47,694 nt of DNA, from the IMG/VR virus record IMGVR_UViG_3300022538_000189; one strand, 5' to 3'. Positions 40,342 to 47,694 of this stretch are shown piece after piece (the stretch's first letter is position 1; each line of letters opens with the position of its first letter). The notes beneath the pieces are model-generated. The model worked only from the letters and a program-made list of their open reading frames with translations, searched no databases and had not been told where the DNA came from. The position numbers and the translations under genes were made by a program. The DNA comes from a virus.

Positions 40342-41627
40342 TACTTACCACCGCCTTGATATAAGTCAGGTTGATATTGAGTAAAAGAAATGTGTTCCAT
40401 TCGTGCATATTCAGGAAATATATTAACCCCTATCCTTCCTATCGTACCGTCTCTATTCTTACTGATCAATATCTTCATTTCTTCAGGTTCTTCTCCGCCA
40501 AACCTTTCAGGATTAATCATTTGTAGTCTCTCTTTCCAATACAATAACAACACAATATTGCTAACTTCCTCTATCCTGCCTGATTGTCTTAAATCACTCA
40601 ATCTCGGTTCTCTAATCTCTTCGTTGTTACGATTGAACTGTGATAAACAGACAGTTCCAAGTCCATTTCGTAATGTCATTCGTTGTAATTCGATAATATT
40701 ATTTGACGTAGAGGTATAATCCTGTTCACCTAAATTCTGCAAGTAATCGAATACTAAGAAGTCGGGTTTATACTTTCTAACATATTTATTTGCGTCAGTC
40801 ATGCTAAAGACTTTCTTGATGTTCAAATTCCATTCCCCTGAAATTTGTTTTGCTCGTCTTTGTAATCTATTCTGTTCTTCATCGGTAAGATTATTTTTTC
40901 TAATCCTCATAATAGGAATTAACTCAAGATTACCCAATAATCTCCTACTTACTTCTTGCGGTGTCATTTCGGTAGATAAAAATAAAACCCCCTTACCACA
41001 CTTACATTGATTAATAGCCATTTGCATACCTGCAACTGACTTACATTGTGAAGTCCAACCGCCTATAGTTAAGAGTTCTCCTCTATCTAATCCGCCTATA
41101 TATTTATTTAAACTTCTTATCCCGAAAGTAAACTCTGTTCCTTTGGTAACTTCCATTAAAGTTTTTTCAAGCAACATTTGTAATGTTTCTTCTTTAATCT
41201 CTATATTATTGAGAGTTTCTAATTCTGTCAAAGCATCATCAATAGTCATTTGTCCGTCATTTACTGCTGTCAAAAGTCCATGCTGTGCTCTTTTGATAGA
41301 TGCTTTTTGAATTAAAGCGACATAATGCTCTATATTTTTAGGTGTAGGAACTGAATTCACTAAATTGGTAAGATACGTAACACCACCTATTTTTTCTAAC
41401 TTGCCTACCTCATTCAATCCTGATGTAATAGTTACTAAATCTACATTGACACCTGTTTGTAGCATATCTACCATCAATTTATATATTGTCTTATGCTCAC
41501 CTTTGTAAAAGTCATTTGGTGACAATGTCTCAACTGTAATGAAGAAAGCGTCCTCGTCTAATAAACAACTTCCAAGACAAGCCTGTTCTGCATTTATTTC
41601 TTGTGGTAAATTCTTTGTTAAGTTCAA
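40341..41627 (-). CDS. dnaB: DnaB-family replicative helicase.
   Basis: 428 aa with a TTG start (SD AGGGGGTG). Motifs NAEQACLGSCLLD, FDYLQNL and LRQSGRIEEVSNIVLLLY. The P-loop reads GGWTSQCKS, not GxxxxGK[ST]. Confidence 0.75.
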   Translation of the reverse strand: MNLTKNLPQEINAEQACLGSCLLDEDAFFITVETLSPNDFYKGEHKTIYKLMVDMLQTGVNVDLVTITSGLNEVGKLEKIGGVTYLTNLVNSVPTPKNIEHYVALIQKASIKRAQHGLLTAVNDGQMTIDDALTELETLNNIEIKEETLQMLLEKTLMEVTKGTEFTFGIRSLNKYIGGLDRGELLTIGGWTSQCKSVAGMQMAINQCKCGKGVLFLSTEMTPQEVSRRLLGNLELIPIMRIRKNNLTDEEQNRLQRRAKQISGEWNLNIKKVFSMTDANKYVRKYKPDFLVFDYLQNLGEQDYTSTSNNIIELQRMTLRNGLGTVCLSQFNRNNEEIREPRLSDLRQSGRIEEVSNIVLLLYWKERLQMINPERFGGEEPEEMKILISKNRDGTIGRIGVNIFPEYARMEHISFTQYQPDLYQGGGK

Positions 41628-41646
41628 GGCAACACCCCCTTTCTAT

Positions 41647-41727
41647 CCTATCTCGGCAGACTTCCCCAACCTGCTCCCTCTACTATGCGACACTACTAAT
41701 CCTAACGCCGTCACGTTACGAGATAGG
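41647..41727 (-). promoter_or_regulatory. GC-rich structured leader between the initiator gene and dnaB.
   Basis: 9-bp inverted repeat CCTATCTCG / CGAGATAGG enclosing 63 nt. It lies downstream of promoter P5. Confidence 0.45.
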
Positions 41728-41729
41728 AG

Positions 41730-42431
41730 TTAATTCAAATCTTTCAATACTCCACTTGTTACTGTACCACACTTTTGCCTATTTGTCAAGTATTTATATT
41801 CTTCTAAATAGTTTCCATATTTAGTCTTGTTAAAAACAGTAGATGGTCGGAGATACATTTCAAATTCTGTTCCCATTCTCTTTTTACAAATGAACTTAAT
41901 TACTTCGCAAATCTCCTCGATAGGAGAGCCATCTTTAACTCTTGCTTTTATGTTAGACAAAACAGTTCTGTTATCGAACTTGAAATTCCGCCCTGTCAAG
42001 TTATTCAAAACTTCAATAGGGGATCTGTATTTAGCTATCAAGTCAACAAGAGTATTAATGTTATTATCAGTATTTGGTATATTAGTATTTAATAGTACTT
42101 CATTTTCAACGTGCCTGTTTTGTACATCTTGCTTCTGATTCTGTGGGTCTTGTATCAAGAAATATTCATTACCTGAAATTTTATTGTCTTTTCTCAATAC
42201 AACACAATGGATATAACCCTTTTTTGTAAGTTCTCTTATTCCATTTCTTATTGACTTCTCTCCATTTGTAAAATGTGTAAGCAGTTCGGTTATATGTAAA
42301 TCCCAATTATCGGGCAAGGTCAAAAGGTATGCAAAGATACCCTTTGCCTTAGCCGATAGTGATGTGTCTCTTATCCATCTATTACTCATTACTGTAAAGT
42401 CTCTTGCGACTTTACTTCGTATTATCCTCAC
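41730..42431 (-). CDS. Replication initiator/organiser (DnaD-like N-terminal wHTH plus a conserved phage C-terminal domain).
   Basis: 233 aa with a GTG start (SD GAGGGGGAA). FTVMSNRWIRDTSLSAKAKGIFAYLLTLPDNW… and a C-terminal part …NLTGRNFKFDN…IKARVKDG…YLRPSTVF. Confidence 0.65.
   Translation of the reverse strand: MRIIRSKVARDFTVMSNRWIRDTSLSAKAKGIFAYLLTLPDNWDLHITELLTHFTNGEKSIRNGIRELTKKGYIHCVVLRKDNKISGNEYFLIQDPQNQKQDVQNRHVENEVLLNTNIPNTDNNINTLVDLIAKYRSPIEVLNNLTGRNFKFDNRTVLSNIKARVKDGSPIEEICEVIKFICKKRMGTEFEMYLRPSTVFNKTKYGNYLEEYKYLTNRQKCGTVTSGVLKDLN
41761..41789 (-). promoter_or_regulatory. Promoter family member P5, inside the 3' end of the initiator gene and upstream of dnaB.
   Basis: Minus-strand sequence TTGACAAATAGGCAAAAGTGTGGTACAGT. 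Confidence 0.5.
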
Positions 42432-42432
42432 G

Positions 42433-43278
42433 TTATTCCCCCTCAGTAAAGTATTTCATCATTTTATCAACCGTTTCTCTTAGTTCTTTTACAGTCTGTG
42501 CTGACAAGATTTGAACATCCAATTTAATTAAGAATTGAGATTCTTCCTCTAAGTCTGTTCCCATTCTTGCTTCATTGATCCAATCAATTATTTCTGCTTT
42601 CTTCAAAGGAGACAACCCTGATATAATTAAATTAGCTTCTGTTTTCAACTTGAAGTCAGCGTCATTCTTAATCCAGTTGACTATCTCCTCAGCAAATTCA
42701 AAATATCTTTTTTTGAAATTTATACCTTCTGGAAAAAACTTTATCCCTGCTAATTCTGTAACTGCTTTGATAGCACACTCACGAATTATTGTCTCATTGT
42801 TAGCGTTATAAACTTCCTGTCTCTCGACATCTAATAAGAATTTATCTTTCCAATAATCTTCCTGCCGATACTTAGGTACACTAACAGTTTTTGAGGTATC
42901 ATCTGAAGGTTGATCTGTTTCTTCCTCTTTTAAATCCTCATCTGCATCTATAAAACTCGATTCTACATATCCATTAATGTTCTTCACAACCCCACCAGTC
43001 AATTGTCCTGTTCTTCTATCCTTTTCAGGATATTCCCCTCTCTCACCAACTATAACAAGGTTTTCATCTAATTCATATCCGTTATCTATATTCTCACACG
43101 AAACATTACACCCTATGCTCCCTGTAGCATCACCCAAAACTATGAACTGAGAAATCCCCTTCCAAAGTTTTCTCGGTTTCAGGGAGTGAGTTACACGCCC
43201 TCTAATTTTAACTGGAGTGCCCTTAGGCAACTCCAATACTTCTTGTATTTTCACTAATTCTAAATCGCTTAGTGTCAT
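42433..43278 (-). CDS. Hypothetical replication-module protein; the N-terminus may be an OB fold (possible ssDNA binding).
   Basis: 281 aa from the ATG at 43278 (SD AAGGGGGTGATG). A beta-rich N-terminal about 110 aa, an acidic linker, and a helical C-terminus. No diagnostic motif. Confidence 0.3.
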   Translation of the reverse strand: MTLSDLELVKIQEVLELPKGTPVKIRGRVTHSLKPRKLWKGISQFIVLGDATGSIGCNVSCENIDNGYELDENLVIVGERGEYPEKDRRTGQLTGGVVKNINGYVESSFIDADEDLKEEETDQPSDDTSKTVSVPKYRQEDYWKDKFLLDVERQEVYNANNETIIRECAIKAVTELAGIKFFPEGINFKKRYFEFAEEIVNWIKNDADFKLKTEANLIISGLSPLKKAEIIDWINEARMGTDLEEESQFLIKLDVQILSAQTVKELRETVDKMMKYFTEGE

Positions 43279-43293
43279 TTGCATCACCCCCTT

Positions 43294-43611
43294 TTATTCA
43301 TAAACTATCACTTTTACTTTAACTGTATTAATATTGAAAGCCGTGATTAAATCTTTCAATTTTAATCTTCCGCCGACCGCACCCTTAGGCTCAAAAGGCT
43401 CTCCTACATACTGTTTCGTGTGTCTCAATAGAATGTAGCCAACCTTAGAATTAACCCAATCTACTATTCCAAGATACTTAGTAGCTCCACCATCTTGTGA
43501 ATAGTGACAATAAAAAGGTAGCTTAGTTCTATCTAAATTTTCCGAGTGTTCTACTCTTTTATTGCCTTTCAATACTACTGTTTGCACTTCAAAATATGGT
43601 TTATTATTCAC
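43294..43611 (-). CDS. Hypothetical protein.
   Basis: 105 aa with a GTG start (SD AGAGGGGGTGATAGA). It lies about 20 nt downstream of the predicted start of P3. Confidence 0.45.
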   Translation of the reverse strand: MNNKPYFEVQTVVLKGNKRVEHSENLDRTKLPFYCHYSQDGGATKYLGIVDWVNSKVGYILLRHTKQYVGEPFEPKGAVGGRLKLKDLITAFNINTVKVKVIVYE

Positions 43612-43638
43612 TCTATCACCCCCTCTCTATCCCTAAAT

Positions 43639-43667
43639 AGTATAACACATCAACCCTGAAATGTCAA
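43639..43667 (-). promoter_or_regulatory. Promoter family member P3.
   Basis: Minus-strand sequence TTGACATTTCAGGGTTGATGTGTTATACT. Confidence 0.65.
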
Positions 43668-43775
43668 AATTATTTTTCAGGGTTGTAATATATATAATGT
43701 TATCCCAATGATGTAACATGATACCCAGACCCAACAGAATATCTCTTTTAATCTATCGTATTTGTCCATACATAT

Positions 43776-43804
43776 AGTATAGCACACTTTGCTCCAAATG
43801 TCAA
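43776..43804 (-). promoter_or_regulatory. Promoter family member P2.
   Basis: Minus-strand sequence TTGACATTTGGAGCAAAGTGTGCTATACT. Confidence 0.65.
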
Positions 43805-43829
43805 GCCCTAAAACAAAAAAAGAGCAGTT

Positions 43830-44267
43830 TTATTTATTACTAAATATAATAGTATATGGCAATTTTCCATATTTTGATTCCAAATAATGTCGAGCATTAC
43901 AAACCCTACATAGTATTTCGAGGTCATCCACTTCTCTCTTACCATCTATAATATCATTCAAAAAATACGAATATCCTTTTCTCTTAGTTTCCCTGCCTCC
44001 CCCACCGTCAATATGATTAATTTCCAATAATCTGATATTTTGGCATCCACATTGATTACAGGCAATATTATTATCCGAAATCATATTAAATATCTTTATC
44101 TTCTTTATTGTGGCACGTTTTCTTTGTTGGGAATTCCTCCATTCCCTATGAATAGCTTGATACTTAGCTTTTTCTTCTTTGTGGTCTGTATAATATTGTT
44201 TTGCGTATGCTAATCTTGCTTCTTTATTTTGTTCGTAATATGTCATTTTATTCTCCTTTTTTCTCAA
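43830..44267 (-). CDS. HNH endonuclease (second copy, homing-type).
   Basis: 145 aa with CNQCG…INHIDGGG…ILCRVCNARH. The N-terminal Y/K-rich region resembles that of the 13320-13712 protein. Confidence 0.7.
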   Translation of the reverse strand: MRKKENKMTYYEQNKEARLAYAKQYYTDHKEEKAKYQAIHREWRNSQQRKRATIKKIKIFNMISDNNIACNQCGCQNIRLLEINHIDGGGGRETKRKGYSYFLNDIIDGKREVDDLEILCRVCNARHYLESKYGKLPYTIIFSNK

Positions 44268-44311
44268 TTTATTAGAGAGTATATTGCCATGCTACTCTTT
44301 TTTGTGACAGA

Positions 44312-44338
44312 AAAAAGTAGGTTTTCACCTACTTTTTA
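44312..44338 (-). terminator. Rho-independent (bidirectional) terminator after the lysis cassette.
   Basis: AAAAA-AGTAGGT-tttc-ACCTACT-TTTT. Confidence 0.7.
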
Positions 44339-44366
44339 CTGCTCTTTCTTTGTTATACATATTTGT

Positions 44367-44939
44367 TTAAAATTCAAATGTAAGTCCTGCTATAAGTCCA
44401 GAATAACTCGGATTTAGAGGAACATAATTAACTCCAGCAAATAAGCCAAATCTATTCTTTTTAAGCAATTCATTTATTATGTCCTGTTGCACTTTCATTA
44501 AAGATTGTAAATTTTCTATCACTTCTAACAAAGCTTGGTTGTCTTGTTCTGCTTCGTTATAAAGCTTTTGATATCCTATTGCAATATCCGCCATATCCTT
44601 ATAAGCAACAAGCAAATCAGAATAGTTGTCTGGAATTTTAAGGTTTTCTACAGTTGGGGATGTAACACCAATCACTCCAACAGAAAAAACAATGCAGAGA
44701 ACTATAAAGATGTTAAAATGTTTCTTTAATCTATCGGCTAATTTACCTGCCTTTTTCTTCCTATTCTCTATTCTCTTTTTCACTTCCTTAACCACAGCTT
44801 CTTGTTTCTTGGCTTCTGTCTTTACTTCATCAATCTTCTTTTTTAATTCGAAATTATTTCTACGAGTGAAGAAAACATAGGCAAATACAGAAAAAACAAT
44901 AGCTAAGGCTACCTTAATCCAATTCCACATTTTTTTCAT
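44367..44939 (-). CDS. Two-TM coiled-coil envelope protein in the lysis cassette (spanin or lysis-accessory candidate).
   Basis: 190 aa from the ATG at 44939 (SD GGGAAGTGAT). Two hydrophobic helices flank a K/E-rich segment. The C-terminus …GLIAGLTFEF ends in an aromatic residue. Confidence 0.4.
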   Translation of the reverse strand: MKKMWNWIKVALAIVFSVFAYVFFTRRNNFELKKKIDEVKTEAKKQEAVVKEVKKRIENRKKKAGKLADRLKKHFNIFIVLCIVFSVGVIGVTSPTVENLKIPDNYSDLLVAYKDMADIAIGYQKLYNEAEQDNQALLEVIENLQSLMKVQQDIINELLKKNRFGLFAGVNYVPLNPSYSGLIAGLTFEF

Positions 44940-44943
44940 ATTA

Positions 44944-45090
44944 TCACTTCCCAAATAGACTTTTAATGAGTTTCCATATTGCGTTCGGAACAATCCACAT
45001 TATATCAATCCACCAACTAAAAAAGTCGCTAAGATGAAATATAACATAAATTGCAGACATTATTATTAAAACATAAAATACAATATTCAT
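44944..45090 (-). CDS. 48-aa hydrophobic protein; holin candidate.
   Basis: ATG at 45090 (SD aaaggag). Sequence MNIVFYVLIIMSAIYVIFHLSDFFSWWIDIMWIVPNAIWKLIKSLFGK. Lies between the endolysin and the two-TM protein. Confidence 0.45.
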   Translation of the reverse strand: MNIVFYVLIIMSAIYVIFHLSDFFSWWIDIMWIVPNAIWKLIKSLFGK

Positions 45091-45127
45091 TTATTCAATC
45101 TCCTTTCCTATTTATTTAGGTCTACCA

Positions 45128-45571
45128 TTATCTATCGTTTAAAAATCTATATAGTCTTGCTACCCTCTTAGTCCATCCTCTCAAATGCCATTTCTCCGTT
45201 CTGCATTGTGTCATAAAAGATATTCTTGCCATTAGATAATACTTCCAATTGCCAAGACTCTCTTTCAATATCTTTTTAGCTCTACTTACACCTGAATTGA
45301 TTGCACAATCAAACACTACCATTGCCATTTTAAACTCCATCTTCTCACACCCTGCTTTATCCCAATAGTTTTGTTTGTAAATTCTTTTAGCTTCTGCAAA
45401 TGCAAGTTCAGATTTACCTTCTTCTATCCACTTCTTCATCTTTGCTACATTATGGGGATAGCTCTTTGAGCTTATCCCATAAATAGTATACTTTCCTGTA
45501 TCGTTAGGGTCATTAGAAACCTTACCCTCTGCATTGAAAGTAAATCTTGCCACCTCATCAAAATTACTCAT
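45128..45571 (-). CDS. Endolysin, glycoside hydrolase family 108-like N-acetylmuramidase.
   Basis: 147 aa. FTFNAEGKVSNDPNDTGKYTIYGIS matches the GH108 pattern EGG.vndp.D.GG.T.yGI. Confidence 0.6.
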   Translation of the reverse strand: MSNFDEVARFTFNAEGKVSNDPNDTGKYTIYGISSKSYPHNVAKMKKWIEEGKSELAFAEAKRIYKQNYWDKAGCEKMEFKMAMVVFDCAINSGVSRAKKILKESLGNWKYYLMARISFMTQCRTEKWHLRGWTKRVARLYRFLNDR

Positions 45572-45595
45572 AAACTACTCTCCTCAATGATGTTT

Positions 45596-46414
45596 TTATA
45601 AACTAACATGGACATCTTTGCCTTTATCTGGACTACCATTAAGTCTTATCCGAACTGCTCCTGTCTCTGGTTTCTGATACATCCCCTTAATTGAGTAATC
45701 TGCATATCCCATGAACGAACCTGTGCTACAATATGTTTCCTTCGTTGGTATAAGTTTCTTGTGCTGATAATCAGGCACCATATACCTTTGCACGAAAGCA
45801 CCTTTCATGTGGACATGTGCCCCACAATATATCTCTGCTTGTGTCATCAATTTCATAGTTGCTACCTTATTTAACTTACCGCCTGCTGTATGTCCGCCAC
45901 CTATCATGTGATGAGCAAAAAGCGTGTAAGTAAAAGGTCTACGTTTGTCTTTTCCGTTCCTACTTTCCCCTATTTGTAGAAAGAAGTAAGCACACCAATC
46001 TGGAAAGTAATCTACTCCTAATCTTTCGCATAGATGGGCAATAGGAGACTCATTTGTAGCTCTCACAGCTCTTTCTTCGTGGTTACCATCAAATGCACCA
46101 AGTATCTTATGATTAATCAATCCAAGCCTCTCGGTTAACAAATCTTTTGCCTGTGGTATGTTATAACAAGCCGAGTATACATTACCCACCGAATCTTTTA
46201 GTGCAGTCTCGAATAAATCACCCATTATTATAGTATAGGCATTAGGTGTATTATTTAGCCAATTTAACCACCCATCAAATTGTTTGGTAGCATACTTTCC
46301 TTCTTCATTTGTTCCACTATACCCTGCTGGATTGCCTACATGTAGGTCTCCGAAAGGCACAATGTAAATATGATTGTATTCCTTCGGAAATATTACTGTT
46401 TTCATTTTAATCAT
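45596..46414 (-). CDS. Calcineurin-like metallophosphoesterase.
   Basis: 272 aa from the ATG at 46414. Motifs GDLHVG, MGDLFE, DGNHE, HHMIGGGH and GAHVH. Confidence 0.7.
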   Translation of the reverse strand: MIKMKTVIFPKEYNHIYIVPFGDLHVGNPAGYSGTNEEGKYATKQFDGWLNWLNNTPNAYTIIMGDLFETALKDSVGNVYSACYNIPQAKDLLTERLGLINHKILGAFDGNHEERAVRATNESPIAHLCERLGVDYFPDWCAYFFLQIGESRNGKDKRRPFTYTLFAHHMIGGGHTAGGKLNKVATMKLMTQAEIYCGAHVHMKGAFVQRYMVPDYQHKKLIPTKETYCSTGSFMGYADYSIKGMYQKPETGAVRIRLNGSPDKGKDVHVSL

Positions 46415-46447
46415 TAGCACCACCCCTTTTTGAATATTGATACTAAT

Positions 46448-46476
46448 ATTATAGCACACTTTGCCCTATTTGTCAA
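46448..46476 (-). promoter_or_regulatory. Promoter family member P4; head of the minus early/middle block.
   Basis: Minus-strand sequence TTGACAAATAGGGCAAAGTGTGCTATAAT. Confidence 0.7.
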
Positions 46477-46489
46477 GTATTATTTGCAA

Positions 46490-46705
46490 TTAATCAGCTT
46501 CTATATGTTCTTTTTTTCCTGTATAGTAAAAAACAATCATAATAGTTATAGCACCAGAGAATATCTTGTAGAATTCTACAAAATCATTTGGCATTTCAAA
46601 GCCAGTTAAATACCGTATACCTGCAAAGATAGTCAATGATAACCATACTGTATACATTGTAAATGTAATTATTCTTCTGATAAATATTTTGGGTATTTTC
46701 TTCAT
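46490..46705 (-). CDS. Small two-TM membrane protein.
   Basis: 71 aa with two hydrophobic helices. Confidence 0.5.
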   Translation of the reverse strand: MKKIPKIFIRRIITFTMYTVWLSLTIFAGIRYLTGFEMPNDFVEFYKIFSGAITIMIVFYYTGKKEHIEAD

Positions 46706-46941
46706 TGGTGTTTCACTCCAAAAGCAACTAATAATGTAGTTGCAATACTTATAATGAAGGCAATAACTCCGCTAATAGCTTTTCCTACTGAAATATTTAT
46801 AGTATTCTTATTTATTTGTTTCCATTGTTTATCATCATCTTTCCTAAGTAAATCTATATTGCCGTCTATATGTTCAATACTTGTTTCTATTGAAGCTAAT
46901 CGTTCTTTGTTAGTTTTCTCCATTAAAAAACTCCAATCCAC
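46702..46941 (-). CDS. Small C-terminally anchored membrane protein.
   Basis: 79 aa with a helical N-terminus and a C-terminal TM helix AISGVIAFIISIATTLLVAFGV. Confidence 0.5.
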   Translation of the reverse strand: MDWSFLMEKTNKERLASIETSIEHIDGNIDLLRKDDDKQWKQINKNTINISVGKAISGVIAFIISIATTLLVAFGVKHQ

Positions 46942-47414
46942 TTACGTTTTTTCTCTAATATATTACCTCGCCAATCACGCACTACCATACGAGTTATCCC
47001 ATCTGGGAATGTCCTGCGACCTGTTGCTAAATGACTTTCGTATCCAGAGGCAAACTGTGTCACATCTAAAGCTGCATATTTGCCCTGATAGGGAAAGACA
47101 CAGATGGCGTGGTGCATTTTTTTGTCTCCCCATCTTTTTTTATTATAGCCACTATAGACTATAAATCTTGCATTGTTTTTCTTTTGTATCCTGACCAAAA
47201 TGTCTACATACCACCTTGCCCAATCTTCGCAATCACCGCCACCATTTTCCATAAATTCTATTGGGGTATGCCAATAATCCCCTTTTTCGGCAATGTATTT
47301 AAAGTGAGTTTTTGAATAATTGTAAAGTTTTATTACAGAAGTCAATCCACTAACTACTGATAAATACTGTGTAGTCGGCTCAAAATCTCTCCATTTATTT
47401 CTTACAAAGCACAT
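46923..47414 (-). CDS. Transglutaminase-like cysteine protease-fold protein.
   Basis: 163 aa with NGGGDCEDWARWYV (Cys), KMHHAICVF (His) and AALD (Asp). Confidence 0.5.
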   Translation of the reverse strand: MCFVRNKWRDFEPTTQYLSVVSGLTSVIKLYNYSKTHFKYIAEKGDYWHTPIEFMENGGGDCEDWARWYVDILVRIQKKNNARFIVYSGYNKKRWGDKKMHHAICVFPYQGKYAALDVTQFASGYESHLATGRRTFPDGITRMVVRDWRGNILEKKRKWIGVF

Positions 47415-47615
47415 TTACATCACCACCCATACTAAAACTCCACCAGCTATGGTAGCCATAATGTCCCAGATATCCATATAACTATGCTTAACTTTCAAGT
47501 CGTATACTTCCTTTAATACTGCAATTATAATTACAGGAATAATCGGGTAAGTTATAAAGTAATTCGCCATTAAGAATATAACCATACCCGCAATAAAATG
47601 TAATAATTTATCCAT
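47415..47615 (-). CDS. Small two-TM membrane protein.
   Basis: 66 aa. Its ATG lies inside the terminal repeat and overlaps the stop of the 7-648 gene in the circular form. Confidence 0.5.
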   Translation of the reverse strand: MDKLLHFIAGMVIFLMANYFITYPIIPVIIIAVLKEVYDLKVKHSYMDIWDIMATIAGGVLVWVVM

Positions 47616-47694
47616 TAGAAATTTGCCCCAAACATTATTGCATTTGCTTCTGATGGAAATTCACCTAACCCCGTTCCTATTTTTACATAATCAA
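47609..47694. repeat. Terminal direct repeat, copy 2 (identical to 1-86).
   Basis: Identical 86 nt. Confidence 0.9.

Noticed and set aside
1-47694. Lysogeny module (integrase, repressor, attP), and the NinG-like/HNH genes as possible recombinases.
   Set aside because: No tyrosine or serine recombinase motif series, CI-like repressor or excisionase was recognised in any ORF. The tRNA genes are an expression array rather than an attachment site context.

Overview
The window is a complete, closed genome of about 47.6 kb from an AT-rich tailed dsDNA phage. Bases 1-86 are identical to 47609-47694, so the unique length is 47,608 bp. I found no integrase or repressor module, which suggests a lytic lifestyle.

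Most genes have strong Shine-Dalgarno sites of the AAGGGGGTGA type. Many are translationally coupled through TAATG, ATGA or GTGA overlaps.

There are three transcription blocks:
1. Minus strand, about 26.6 kb down to 1, then across the circular junction to about 46.5 kb. It holds small early genes and a DEDDh exonuclease. A 14-slot tRNA array follows, with about 10 recognisable tRNAs and 4 tRNA-sized non-canonical elements. Then come terL, portal, scaffold and major capsid. The block ends with a podovirus-like tail/ejection module, fibres and small membrane proteins.
2. Plus strand, 27.8-35.0 kb. It holds a lipoprotein with a transglutaminase-like Cys protease motif, an amidoligase plus class-II glutamine amidotransferase pair, a run of tiny genes, and a Cas4-like PD-(D/E)XK nuclease.
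3. Minus strand, about 46.48 kb down to 35.07 kb. It holds a metallophosphoesterase, a lysis cassette, an HNH endonuclease, a DnaD-like initiator, a DnaB helicase, and a six-gene RNA repair island ending in RtcB.

The most notable non-coding features:
- A 1.36-kb gene-free divergent control region (26467-27827) with nested inverted repeats.
- Five same-orientation DnaA-box-like 9-mers over a consensus promoter (32621-32743).
- A conserved 29-bp promoter family.

All calls rest on hand reading of motifs, hand-folded RNAs and gene order. No database search was possible.
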